Source: Mustelus asterias
Lineage: Eukaryota
Direction: 5' to 3'
Assembly: GCF_964213995.1 (NCBI RefSeq)
Contig: NW_027590433.1
Location: 1-64,000, forward strand
Length of the DNA: 64,000 bases
Made by a program: the position numbers and the translations under genes. Shown one piece after another: positions 38,565 through 51,999 of the stretch (its first letter is position 1; each line of letters opens with the position of its first letter). Under the pieces are notes generated by a model. The model saw only the letters and a list, made by a program, of their open reading frames with translations. It ran no database searches and was not told where the DNA came from.

Positions 38565-39330
38565 ACTCTCTCTCTCTCTCTCTCACTCTCTCTCACGCAC
38601 ACATACTCTCACACACGCACATACACACACGCAAATAAACACGCACACAGGAAAACGCACACTCAGACATGCACACACACTCAGGTAAACGCGCACACAC
38701 ACTCAGACAATCAGAAACAAACACACATACAAACACGCACCCAAACGCTCAGACAAATACACGCACACAAACACACACCCATAGGCATACACACACACTC
38801 AGACAGAAATGCAAACTCTCTGAGACAACAGCTGACACACACACAATCACAGACGTAGACAAAGACACACAGATTACCTCAGGCAAAATAACACACACAT
38901 ATACACACGCACACACACAGATACATACATGCACACAAGCACACGCATAGATGCACACACTGTCAGATAAACACACACACAGGCACGCACACACACATTG
39001 ACAAGCAAACACAAACACACTCTCAGACAGCACAAATATACACACACTCAAACAAGCACAAAGAAACACACACACTCTCAGAGAGCAGACACAAATGCTC
39101 AGACAATCTCAGACACACATACACACACGCTGCCTCTCAGCTAAATACACACACTCAGACAAACACAGACACACACAAACAGAATCTCAGAAATCATACG
39201 CACGGATACACCCACACAGAGCCCCAGACAGACACACACATGCAGTATCAAAAGAACATGCAGAGAAAGATATACACTGTTGCTCAGGGAAAACAAAAAA
39301 CATACACAGACCCACACACACAGAAACAGA
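38565..39330. repeat. Degenerate CA-rich low-complexity tract
   Basis: Interrupted (CA)n/(CAGA)n; gives spurious His/Thr and Cys/Val ORFs. Confidence 0.9.
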
Positions 39331-39481
39331 AAAAAAAGAAACCGGAAAAGACCTTTCGGCCTTTCGAGCCTTCTTCGCCACTCGTTATGATCATGGATGA
39401 TCATCAAATTGAATGTCCTGATCGTGCCTTCCCTCCAAATCCCTTGATCCCTTTAGCCCCAAGAGCTATGTCTAATTTCTA

Positions 39482-41555
39482 ATGTTTGTCTGGAGCTCTG
39501 CATGACAACGTTCCGATGAGACAGGGGGGTGTTGGTAGGGTACGGGAACCGTGGTGCACGAAGGTTGTGATGAACCTGGTGAATAAGTAGAGAGAGGCGT
39601 ACAGAAGGTTCAGAGAGCTAGGAGGTGTTAAGGATTTAGAGGAGTATACGGGATGTAGGAAGGAGCTTAAGAAGGAAATTAGGAGAGCGAGAAGGGGTCA
39701 TGAGAAGGCCTTGGCGGGTAAGATTAAGGAGAATCCCAAGGCTTTCTACAAATATGTCAAGAGTAAAAGGATGAGATGTGAAGGCATAGGACCCTTAAAA
39801 GGTGAAGGGGGAAAAGTTTGTGCGGAACCGTTAGAAATGGCGGAGCTGCTTAATGAATACTTTACCTCGGTATTCACGGTGGAAAGGGATCTGGGTGGTT
39901 GTACTGCTGGTTTGCGGTGGACAGAAAGGATCGAGCATGTGGACATAAAGGAAGAGGATGTGTTGGAACTATTGAACGGCATCAAGGTTGGTAAGTCGCC
40001 GGGACCGGATGGGATGTACCCCAGGTTACTGTGGGAGGTGAGGGAGGAGATTGCGGAGCCTTTGGCGATGATCTTTGCATCGTCGATGGAGACGGGAGAG
40101 GTTCCGGAGGATTGGAGGATTGCAGATGTGGTCCCTATATTCAAGAAAGGGAACAGGGACAGCCCGGGAAATTACCGACCGGTGAGTCTAACCTCAGTGG
40201 TTGGTAAGTTGATGGAGAGGATCCTGAGAGACAGGATTTATGATCATCTAGAGAAGTTTAGTATGATCAAAAGTAGTCAGCACGGCTTTGTCAAGGGCAG
40301 GTCGTGCCTTACGAGCCTGGTTGAGTTCTTTGAAAATGTGACCAAACACATTGACGAAGGAAGAGCGGTGGATGTGGTCTATATGGACTTCAGCAAGGCG
40401 TTCGATAAGGTCCCCCATGCAAGACTTCTTGAGAAAGTGAGAGGGCATGGGATCCAAGGGGCTGTTGCCTTGTGGATCCAGAACTGGCTTGCCTGCAGAA
40501 GGCAGAGAGTGGCTGTGGAGGGGTCTTTCTCTGCATGGAGGTCAGTGACCAGTGGAGTGCCCCAGGGATCTGTTCTGGGACCCTTGCTGTTTGTCATTTT
40601 CATAAATGACCTGGATGAGGAAGTGGAGGGATGGGTTGGTAAGTTTGCTGACGACACCAAGGTAGGTGGTGTTGTGGATAGTTTGGAGGGATGTCAGAAG
40701 TTGCAGCGAGACATAGATAGAATGCAAGACTGGGCGGAGAAGTGGCAGATGGACTTCAACCCGGATAAGTGTGTGGTGATCCATTTTGGCAGATCCAATG
40801 GGATGAAGCAGCAGTATAATATGAAGGGTACCATTCTTAGCAGTGTAGAGGATCAGAAGGACCTTGGGGTCCGGGTCCATAGGACTCTTAAATCGGCCTC
40901 GCAGGTGGAGGATGCGGTCAAGAAGGCGTACGGCGTACTGGCCTTCATTAATCGAGGGATTGAGTTTAGGAGTCGGGAGATAATGCTGCAGCTTTATAGG
41001 ACCCTGGTTAGACCCCACTTGGAGTACTGCGCGCAGTTCTGGTCACCTCATTACAGGAAAGATGTTGAAGCCATTGAAAGGGTGCAGAGGAGATTTACAA
41101 GGATGTTGCCTGGATTGGGGGGCATGCCTTATGAGGATAGGTTGAGGGAGCTTGGTCTCTTCTCCCTGGAGAGACGAAGGATGAGAGGTGACCTGATAGA
41201 GGTTTACAAGATGTTGAGAGGTCTGGATAGGGTAGACTCTCAGAGGCTATTTCCAAGGGCTGAAATGGTTGCTACGAGAGGACACAGGTTTAAGGTGCTG
41301 GGGGGTAGGTACAGAGGAGATGTCAGGGGTAAGTTTTTCACTCAGAGGGTGGTGCGTGAGTGGAATCGGCTGACGTCGGTGGTGGTGGAGGCAAACTCGT
41401 TGGGGTCTTTTAAGAGACTTCTGGATGAGTACATGGGATTTAATGGGATTGAGGGCTATAGATAGGCCTAGAGGTGGGGATGTGATCGGCGCAACTTGTG
41501 GGCCGAAGGGCCTGTTTGTGCTGTGGCTTTCTATGTTCTATGTTCTATGTTCTAT
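39482..41555 (+). mobile_element. Young 5'-truncated CR1 LINE with an uninterrupted 584-aa RT ORF (39711-41465), inserted in an older minus-strand LINE (39360-39481 and 41556-43050)
   Basis: Complete RT motifs without stops; (TTCTATG)n tail; ATTTCT at both junctions; host sequence resumes afterwards. Confidence 0.95.
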
Positions 41556-43109
41556 TTCTTCTTGAAATCCCGCAACGTTTTGGTCATAATCACTTCCTGT
41601 GGTAGTGAATTCCACAGATTCACCGCTGTCTGGGTGATGAAGTTTCTCTTCACCTCAGTTCGAAAGGTTTTACCCCTTATCCTCAAACTATGACCCCCAT
41701 AGTTCTCGACTCCCCAGCCGTCTGGGATATTCTTTCTGAATTTACCCTGTCTAATACATTTAGAATTTTATCAGTCTCTATGAGATTCCCTCTCACTCTT
41801 CTAAACTCCAAATAATATAATCCTAACTGACTTCGTCTCTCCTCACACGACAGACCAGGAATCAGTCTGGTAAATCTTCACTGCCCTCGCTCTGCAGTAA
41901 GGACATCCTTCCTCAGATAAGGACACCAACACTGCACACAATACTCCAGTTGTGGGCTCACCAACGCCCTATAAAATTGCAGTAAAATATACCTATCCTT
42001 ATACTCAAATGCTGTCGTTATGAAGGCCAGCATACCACTTGCCTTCTTTACCGCCTGCTGAACCTGTGGTGCTTTCTTTCAGCGCCAATACACGTGGATG
42101 CCAAGCTGTCGCTGAATATTCACCTCTCAGTTTATTCAAATAATAATCTGCCGTCCTATTGTTGCCACCGAAGTGGATGATCTCGCATTTGCCCACATTA
42201 TACTGCATCTTCTATGCATATGCCCATCCACTCTGCCTGTTTAAATCACGCTGAAGCATCGCTGCATCCTTCTCAGAGCTCAGCCTCTCACCTAACTTTG
42301 CGTCACCTGCAAATTGGAGAAAACACATTTAGTTCCCTCTTTGAAATCAATTATGCATAACATGAACAGTTGGGCACCTAGCATGGATCCCTGCGGTACC
42401 CCACTGGTCACTACCAGCCAATTGGAAAAACACTCATTTCTGCCAACTCTTTGCTTCCTACCTGCTAAGCAGCTTTCTATCCAGCTCAAGACACTATCCA
42501 GGCCACTTTTATGGTCGTACGCTCTATGAGACCTTGCCGAAAGCCCTTTAAAGTCTAAATAACCCATGCCCACCAGTTTTCCTTGGTCACCTCTACTAGT
42601 TACATTCTCACACAATTCCAATAGATTTGCCAAGCATGATTTCCCCTTTGCAAATCCATGTTGACTTTGTCTGATTTTACCACTGCCTTCCAAATGCTGA
42701 GTTATGAAATCCTTAATAATTGATTCGAGCAATTTCCTAGTTCTAATGTTCGGCTCTTTGCCTTATGGTTCACCCTATTTCTCTCTACCTCCCTTTTTGA
42801 ATGACGGGCGTATATTAGCAACCCTCCAATCTGTAGGGACCAGTTTAGAGTCTAAATATTTTTTCGAAAATGCCCACAAATGGATCAGCTATTTGTTATG
42901 TTTCCCGCCTTCTTACTTTCATACTCTATTTTTTCCCTTCCTAATCAATTCCTGGGTCCTTTTGTGCTGAATTGAAACTGCTCCAATTTCTCAGGTCTAT
43001 GTATTTATTTGCCAATTTGTATGTTTCTTCTTCCCTTGTAAGCGATGGCTTGGCCACAGTTCCCTTACCAGTCTTCCACATCCTCTGTGCTAATATCTTT
43101 CTTCAATAT

Positions 43110-44112
43110 CACATACGATCCCTACAGTGCAGAAGGAGGCCATTCGGATTATTGAGTCTGCACCGGCCACAATCCCAGACCCTATTTCCGGAACCCAAAT
43201 TATTTACCCTCAATCCCCTGACACGAGGGTCAATTTCGCATGGCCAATCAAGCTAACCCACACATCTTTGGACTGTGGGAGGAAACCGAGGCACCCGGAG
43301 GAAACCCAAGCAGACACGGGGAGAATGTGCCAACTCCACACAGTGATCCGAGGTCGGAATTGTACCCGGGACCCTGTCATTGAGGCAGCAGTGCTAACCA
43401 CACTGCCACCGTGACGCCCCGCTTTAAGAAACAATGTACTCCATTTTTTTTGCTTTCTGTCTGTCCTTCCTCAACATCGAATGGCCCTCAATGTTTAGTT
43501 CCCATCCTTGCTAACCTTGGAGCCATGTCACCATAATGCCAAGTATATCATACATTTTGATATATTTCTGCGCAACAACATCATCCTTTTTTTCAAATGT
43601 TCACACACACACACACACATTCCGAGACCAACACACATGCACAACACACACACACATTCAGAAAAACACACAAGATCTGAGACAAGCAGACACAAGCAAA
43701 CTCGCAAACGCATACACACAGACACACGCACCTCTGAAAAACACACACACACAAACAGACAAATGGGCGGCACGGTAGCGCAGTGGTTAGCATTGCTGCT
43801 TCACAGCTCCAGGGACCTGGGTTCGATTCCCGGCTTGGGTCACTGTCTGTGTGGAGTTTGCACATTCTCCACGTGTCTGCGTGGGTTTCCTCCGGGTGCT
43901 CCAGTTTCCTCCCACAGTCCAAAGATATGCGGGTTAGGTTAATTGGCCATGCTAAAAATTGCCCCTTAGTGTCCTGAGATGCGTCGGTTAGAGGGATTAG
44001 TGGGTAAATATGTAGGGATGTGGGGGTAGGGCCTGGGTGGGATTGTGATCGGTGCAGACTCGATGGGCCGAATGGCCTCTTTCTGTACTGAAGGGTTTCT
44101 ATGATTTCTATG
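43110..44112. mobile_element. Two HE1-like SINEs (43110-43420 minus; 43764-44112 plus)
   Basis: Close matches to the 96-445 copy. Confidence 0.9.
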
Positions 44113-45150
44113 AAACAGTCACGAGCACGCACACACAGAAACACACACACAGGATCTCACAAAAACCGATACAGGCAAATTCGCACACACAGGCCCATAC
44201 ACGGATATACACGCTCAGACAAACACACGCACGCACACGCACACACATACTTTCTCTCTCTTTCAGACACGCAGACACGCTGTCAGACAAATACATGCAC
44301 ACACACACAGACAACCACACAGACACAAACACACACACGCATTTAGACAAGTACAGAAAACATACACGCAAACACACAGGCAAATGCAGGCTCACGTATT
44401 TCTTAGACGGACAGACACAGGACAACTCGCAAACACAGAGACACTCTCAGAAAAACACAGGCACACAGTCACAGACAAAGATACAATCACAAGAACACAC
44501 TCAGACAAACACACACAAGCAAACGCTTGCACACAGAAATATATAGAGAAAAACTCAGACAAACAGACAAAGAAAACATACACTCTCAGACATGCATGCA
44601 CACACACAGACACACTCGCTGGCAAATATACACACACAGACCCACACACAGCTGTACTATCAAACGAACACACAGGCACACACATACAAATTCACTCTGA
44701 TGCAAACACACAGATACACACAATCTCTCACACAAAACACACACACTTAGAGACAAACACATAAGCACTCAGTCAGCACTCAGGCATGCATACAATCACA
44801 GAAAAGCACATAGGCACCAACACACACACACAAACACCCAGGCAAACACAGTCACGTACACAGAAACACACGCACACAGTCCAACATAGGCACACATATG
44901 ATCTCAGTCAAGCAACATAGGCAAGGTTGTAAACTCACAGACCCACACTTTCAGCATAATACACACACATACACACACATGAACAGACAAGCAAACAGAC
45001 ACAAGCACACGCATACACAGACTCAGGAAACAACAGTCACGATCTCAGAGAAATAGACACAAGCAAAGTCGCACATACGGACACATACTAATAAATACTC
45101 AGACAAAAGCAAACACACACACACTCTCAGATAAACACAGAGACAAACCA
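44113..45150. repeat. Degenerate CA-rich low-complexity tract
   Basis: Interrupted (CA)n with ACTCTCAGA/CAGACA motifs. Confidence 0.9.
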
Positions 45151-46449
45151 AAAAAAATCAAGATGGCGTCGGACCATAGCGACTTATTGCATGCTGTGCC
45201 CCGCATCTCTCTAATGCTATCTTTTACTCTCGGTCTTTGCTTCTAAAACTCTATTCTAATTCTTTTGAAATCGATAACAATGTTTTAATTAAATTGACCT
45301 TTCTCTACCCCCTAGCTATGACTGTAACATTACATTCTGCAATCTCTCCTTTCCTTCTCTATGTGCGTGTAATGCCGTGTTTTTGAAACCTACTTTTCCA
45401 CTCACGTAATGAAGGAGCAGCGCTCCGAAAGCTCGTGATTCCAAATAAACCTTAACCTGGCGTTTTGAGCCTTCTTACTGTTCTCTATGTGCGGTATGGG
45501 TTTTTTGTATAGCGCGCAAGAAACAATACTTTTCACTGGATACTAATACACATGACAATAATAAATCAAATACAACAAAATCAAAAACATATACTCTCAG
45601 AAGAACACACAGAGACACACACACACAGACATACACACTATTACGGACAGTCTCACAAACACAGAGACAGACAGAGACCATAAAGTGTTGATGTCAATTT
45701 CAGTTTACTCAACCTGCTGGGTAACGGAAGCAAACTTAAAACCGGTGTGTGGGTTTTATTGTGTGATGAGATAATGTATAAATGTATCACCATAGCCCAG
45801 GGTGGGGTTGTAGTTGATCATTTATCTGCTGTCTGTACTCCTGAACAAATGTCAAATTGGAGAGGTTATCAAGTTTGTATTATAATGTAATGATGTGAAA
45901 CATGTGGGAGAAGAATTGGAGTGATAAAGGGTGGAAAACAAACTTGGGGAATGAGACTGAAGCTGCTGTGCAGACTGAATAGTTCTTGTTGTGTGAATGG
46001 AGGGACACATGGAGGGACGGATGGAGGGAGGAAGGGATGGACGGATCGAGGGACCGATCGAGGGAGGGAGCAATGGATGGAGGGATGGATGGGGGTGACC
46101 TGGGGGAAGTCATTGGGCAGAGACTGTGCTTGCTGCTGTTTCCCCTCCTGGCGCCAGGGGTCACTGGGACACTCCCTGCAGCTGCTGCTGCTGCTCCTCA
46201 CAATGTCACATCTTGGCCGTACCCTGGACCAGCTGCAGCTCTTTGGCGGAACATCAGGAGCCAGTGGTGGGGAAGGACTGGCCGTCCTATTCCAGTGACG
46301 TCACCACCAGCCCCGACACCCGCCGTTTATTTTAAGAAAGAAAAAAAACGACTATTCAGAAATGGAGAAAGTGACTGAAATTCTGAACCAGACAGGCCAC
46401 CGGGAGGTGATTTATATGTAAATAAAAATACAATTATTAATTTAATATG

Positions 46450-48332
46450 GAAGATGCCGCGACCAAAGCCATCCTAGACCTTAGGACGGTCGTGCTCGGC
46501 CCCGAAACTGCACGCAAACTTGAGACGGCGCAGGCGTGCGGTGGGATCCCGCCCGAGCGTTCCCCTGTTCGGGCGGAATTCCACATTGGCCCAAAGCCTC
46601 AGCCCCCTCCCCTGGGTGAGGTGCCCCACAGCCTGAGCCGCCTCGCGGAAATGCCCTCCGTGCCTTTTTCTACCGCGCGGAGGCGTTTCCTGTGCGGGCT
46701 GCTGCTGCACACCCTCCACTACCGCCTCCTCGCCTGTCGCCCGGATACACCTTGGCGGGCCTTGTTGCCGCCGGGCGGCGGAGGTCCCCGCTGGAGGTCC
46801 CTCTACGGAGGGATCTCCCCCAGTTACGTCGGGGACCTGGGGTGGAGGGTGATGCATGCAGCAGTTCCGCACAACCGTAGGATTCACTGGTTCACGGCCT
46901 CCGAAGACTGCCCTTTCTGCGGCCTTGTGGAGTCCGTGGACCATGTCTATGTTGAGTGTCTTAGGCTGCACTCCCTTTATGTTTTCCTGAAGAACCTTTT
47001 ATTGATGTTCTGTTTGCACTTCAGTCCCACGCTCCTGATCTACGGACACCCGGTGCGGAGAGGGGAGGGTCGGGATGGCGACCTCCTCGTGAACCTGCTC
47101 CTGGGCCTGGCGAAACGCGCCATTTACCGGTCCAGGCAGCGGGCGATCGAGGGGGCCGTCCATCCTGACTGTCTTCCCCTCTACCGCGGCTACGTTCGCG
47201 GCCAGGTGTCCCTGGAGAGGGAGCATGCGGTGTCCACGGGCGAGGTTGACGCTTTCCGCGCCCGCTGGGCACCGCAGGGGTTGGGGTGCATTATTGACCC
47301 TAATAATCACATTTTAATTTGATGTTTTTAAGTTTCCTTTGTATTTTGATTTCCGTTCGGGCTGTTCCCCCTCCTTTTTTGGGGAGCTGCCCCTTTTACT
47401 TTGTCCTGATTTAATCTGAGTTTGTTTACTTGGTTTGACCTAAAAAGAGGTCGGGCGGAATTCCACATTGGCCCAAAGCCTCAGCCCCCTCCCCTGGGTG
47501 AGGTGCCCCACAGCCTGAGCCGCCTCGCGGAAATGCCCTCCGTGCCTTTTTCTACCGCGCGGAGGCGTTTCCTGTGCGGGCTGCTGCTGCACACCTTCCA
47601 CTACTGCCTCCTCGCCTGTCGCCCGGATACACCTTGGCGGGCCTTGTTGCCGCCGGGTGGCGGAGGTCCCCGCTGGAGGTCCCTCTACGGAGGGATCTCC
47701 CCCAATTACGTCGGGGACCTGGGGTGGAGGGTGATGCATGCAGCAGTTCCGCACAACCGTAGGATTCACTGGTTCACGGGCTCCGAAGACTGCCCTTTCT
47801 GCAGCCTTGTGGAGTCCGTGGACCATGTCTATGTTGAGTGTCTTAGGCTGCACTCCCTTTATGTTTTCCTGAAGAACCTTTTGTTGATGTTTTATCTGCA
47901 CTTCAGTCCCACGCTCCTGATCTACGGACACCCGGTGCGGAGAGGGGAGGGTCGGGATGGCGACCTCCTCGTGAACCTGCTCCTGGGCCTGGCGAAACCC
48001 ACCATTTACCGGTCCAGGCTGCGGGCGATCGAGGGGGCCGTCCATCCTGACTGTCTTCCCCTCTACCGCGGCTACGTTCGCGGCCAGGTGTCCCTGGAGA
48101 GGGAGCATGCGGTGTCCACGGGCGAGGTTGACGCTTTCCGCGCCCGCTGGGCACGGCAGGGGTTGGGTGCATTATTGACCCCAATAATCACATTTTAATT
48201 TGATGTTTTTAAGTTTCCTTTGTACTTTGATTTCTGTTCGGGCTGTTCCCCCTCCTTTTTGGGGAGCTGCCCCTTTTACTTTGTCCTGATTTAATCTGAG
48301 TTTGTTTATTTGGTTTGGTTTGACCTAAAAAA
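46450..48332 (+). mobile_element. Tandem pair of Tx1/L1-clade LINE 3' ends (46450-47450 and 47451-48332)
   Basis: C-terminal CCHC zinc knuckle CPFCGLVESVDHVYVEC in both copies; T-rich 3' UTR ending TTTGACCTAAAA; copies nearly identical. Confidence 0.85.
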
Positions 48333-49384
48333 AAGAGGACAGAGGGTAGCGGTAGAGGGGTGATTTTCTGACTGGAAGACTGTGACTAGCCATGATCCAC
48401 AGGGATCAGTTCCGGAACCTTTGCTGTTCGTAGTATATGTAAATGATTTGGAGGAAAATGTAGCTGGTATAATTGTAAGTTCACGGACGACACAAAAATT
48501 TGTGGAGTTGCGCAGAGTGAAGAGGATTGTCAGAGGATACAGCGACAGCAAAAGATAAACCGGTTGGAGACTGGGGCGGAAAAATGACAGATGGAGTTTA
48601 ATCTGGACAAGTGTGAGATAATGCATTTTGGAAGGTCCAATGCATGTCGGGATTATATCGGAAAGGTAGAACCCTTAGGCGTATTGATAAGCAGAGAGAT
48701 CTCGACGTACATATCCACCGATCACTGATAACATCAAGGACAGTGGCTGAATGACAGACTCTCCAAGGTTCAAACCCGAAAAAAAAGAAATAAGACGGTA
48801 GTGGGTTTAAATTTGTGATTCAAACCATGCTTGCGAACAGAGAGAAAATGTGCGACATGTTTTGTCCACAATTCCCAGTCTGGTGAGGTGACTGCGAGTA
48901 AATGGAAGAACACTGAACTGGGATATAATTAATGTCCTTATCGGGGCAAGGTGTCCTTTGGTGATATTCACATCAGAAGAAAATCCTGATCTAGTTATGG
49001 TAAGGCAGAGATTCTGGTCCGTAAAAGGTGTCAGGAAACAACAAAGCTCGAAAATTACGCCCGAAATGACAGTGGCATTGTGGGGAAATTCAGTAATATT
49101 CGCAAAAAAGCATTCTGATCACACACTCGCTGTGTACCGACTGTGATCAAATGGACCGAGAAACGGAAAGGGGAGATGGGAAAGGGCTGGCCAATAATTG
49201 ATACAGACTAGGAAATAACACCAAAGACAAAATGTCAGCTGACGCACCACTAACTCACTTTGGTGAGTGCCTTCGCTCGGAATTATAATACATTTCTGTT
49301 ACTCTCACTGTTTTTCGGGTGAGCGCGCCCTCTGCTGATCACGAACTGGAACTATCAGTGCGGTGCTTTTGTCCGGGATCCGCT

Positions 49385-49648
49385 CTATCTCTGCAGCAGA
49401 AACACAAGGCGGTATCGGAGAGAAGCGTCCTGGTGACATTTGAGGAACAGTGTTCCTTTGTACAAAGTAGGCAATATTTTTCCACATCCTCCGGGCTATA
49501 AATCCTCATTAAATATCTCGGAGTTTCGCTGGGATACAGGAACAGAGTAGGGAGAGTAGCTGTCGAGTATTTACAATCCAGCATTATGCTCTGTGTTTGG
49601 AGAACGCTTAATTCAGATTGATCATTGGACACAGAATCATCACTATTT
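49385..49648 (-). pseudogene. Inverted TCR V alpha/delta pseudogene with internal deletions
   Basis: Acceptor TTGCAG; NSDDSVSNDQSELSVLQTQSIMLDCKYS...LFLYPSETPRYLMRI...LLSDTALCFC; Trp and part of FR3 missing; nonamer ACAAAAGCA (49372-49364) with heptamer lost. Confidence 0.8.
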
Positions 49649-50712
49649 CTGCAACAAAACACAGAATGTATCAAATATCTGCGAGTGAAAATAACACTTG
49701 GAACAAATATTCCCCATTTTTTAGTTCGTATATGTCTGTTTTGCTGCAGCTGTTTCTCTGATTGTATCTTCCTCTAAATCTATTCCTCATTCATTCATTT
49801 ATATCACCGGTTCTTGCTCTGCTTAACTCCAGGTCTCGCCTCCAATTCCAATTATTCAATCCCTCTTGTTTTCTTCCCATATCTCCACCTACATTTCTCC
49901 CTTGTCTCTCCCTTACAGGTTTCAATAACAGATATCCCGCATAATGGACCATCAGCTGGTGCTCAGGTCCATCGTAATATTTTGATACTTTGAAAAAATT
50001 CCAGTAGTCATTTTACATTCCACTCCATGGAAGTACTCCAGAATGTGATGCATGTTGCTGTTATTAGGAGTGAGATTAATCAACAACTTGCAGCCAATGC
50101 ACATAGTACAAATCATGTATATCCAACGCCCAACATATCGACAGACATATCAAACACTCCCGCATTAATATCAAATATTAATTTCCACACCAAATGCCGT
50201 TATTAGTCATTTCCTTGGATATAATGAAACACAGGAGGAATTGCAACCGACAGGAATGTTCTCGGTGCCAATATGAAATAATGCATGTCTATGTGTACAT
50301 ATGATAGGGGAGATCTGAAATAAAAACAGAAAATTGCTGGAAAGACTCTGTGGAGAGAGAAACTGAGCTAAACATTTGCGACTTTGAAACTCCGAGTTGG
50401 CTGAGCAAAGGAGATAATTCTGCCTTTTACTGTCAAGGATATATGAAAATTCTGTCCCAAGGCAACTAATCGAAAACCATACATCAGTGTTGCATTTCTA
50501 CTTTGTCTTCGGTGACGATATGAAAGATATTTACCATGGAAGTAATATATATGATTACGTATTCCATTAAACCTCCATTGACGTAATTCTCCTTTAATAT
50601 TCTGGATCGAGAGAATGCCGAAACCAGGAAACGGCAATTAGTGGAATTGCAGCTTCCCGTTTTGATTTTAAGTGAGCAATTTTTGAAGGAGAGTGTTGAC
50701 CATAAAAAACAA

Positions 50713-51027
50713 CTTTCTTTTGCATGGACAATTATCGGTGGAGTGTCTGCGATCTCTCAATCACAGCAGATATTAACACAAAAGAGACAATCGATTGAAA
50801 TCCAATGAAATACAATCACCTGATGCCCTGAGAGCATCCGCTCGTTCAGCATGCAACAGAACCGTGGCCTGAAATTTGTCATTTCATCTGTTAGCAGAAA
50901 CACCACAGACTCTTCAAACTCTTCATTCACTCAACAAGACCTTTGACCAGTCCTAATGGAGATAGCACATCGGTATCAGGCGCTGGGGTGTGTTACTGTG
51001 TCAGTGAGTCACTGAGACACAAAACCC
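50713..51027 (+). pseudogene. Decayed atypical V-set relic with contiguous leader-like peptide and a 12-spacer RSS-like signal
   Basis: LSFAWTIIGGVSA-ISQSQQILTQKRQSIEIQ*...SIRSFSMQQNRGLKFVI...VLMEIAH/SVSGAGVCYC, then GTCAGTG, 12 nt, ACAAAACCC. Confidence 0.4.
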
Positions 51028-51336
51028 GCACGTAGCAGATAAACTATCCAGTTATATCCCGAGGTGATGAGAAGCTTTTTTTATTGGTCGTGGTTCATCT
51101 TAAGCAACTCCGTGACGAAGGACTCTGTGCTCTACGGGCTGTTCCCAGGGACAAACCGAGACAAGCACCAATTGCTGTTGGAGAATTTTCAACTGGGTAA
51201 AATACACCATTTGCCTTCCCGAAACCAGTTGATCTTCATGTGCAAAGAATTGTCCTCGATCGAGTGTTGCAGACAACACATTCCAGGGCACAGGGCTACC
51301 GATTGAGGAACGCACTAAACCTTGGGGCTGTTGCTG
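51028..51336 (-). pseudogene. Possible decayed V-set exon, tail-to-tail with the previous relic
   Basis: Acceptor-like CCTTTGCAG; QQPQGLVRSSIGSPV/LECVV.../MKINWFREGK.../DITG*FICYV, requiring several frameshifts. Confidence 0.3.
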
Positions 51337-51999
51337 CAAAGGCGCAATGAGGAAAACTGCGACCTTTCGGCCATTGTGATCTGAGGGGAGCAGAACTCTA
51401 TATGAACGCCCCGTGCTGTTGGACTCACATTGAATGAATGCAGTGAATATTACACGTCTCGCAATTCTACTGAAGCACCTGAGAGTGTAACTTGTTCAAT
51501 GTAGACAACCTAAATAACATCGCCCCTCCTGTATTGACGATCTTGAAATATGTATTATGTTCCATTGATTGCACTGAAGCTCTTCAATGTGCAACATTAT
51601 CTTTGCAGAAAACTTCAGTATCACTGCACTTTCTGAAATGACCATTTTGCAACGTTCTGTAATGTTTCATTGAATGCGTTGAAGCGCGTCAGAGTGCAAA
51701 ATTATCTGTGTCCGAAACCTAAACGTTATTGCACTTTCTGTAAAAACCGTTCTGAAAAATTCTGTAATGTTCCTTTAATTATACACAGAGTGCAACAGCT
51801 TCATTGTCGAAACCTTGAATGTTATTGCACTTGCTGTTATGGCCATTTTGAAGTATTTTGTAATGTTCTTTCAGATACTTTATGAATAAGTTTTCTTTTG
51901 GAAAAAAGCACAACGTCCCAGTTTGCGAGTTCACAATCCTCACAGCTGTCACTGCTCCCTTCAGTAAGTTGACTACATTGTGAACTACTGGTGAATACA

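Noticed and set aside
8716-42529. Recurrent ORFs of the type MSSANL...DPCGTPLVT as a gene family
   Set aside because: They are antisense frames of the CR1 reverse transcriptase.
38502-45140. His/Thr-rich and Cys/Val-rich ORFs (also at 18-19.6 kb and 22 kb)
   Set aside because: Translations of degenerate CA/TG microsatellite.
46296-46303. TGACGTCA as the promoter of another V
   Set aside because: No leader or V exon found nearby; it lies next to a retroelement.
50994-51006. TACTGTG-TCAGTG as a head-to-head signal joint
   Set aside because: The left heptamer has no nonamer at 12 or 23 nt and is better explained as Tyr-Cys codons.
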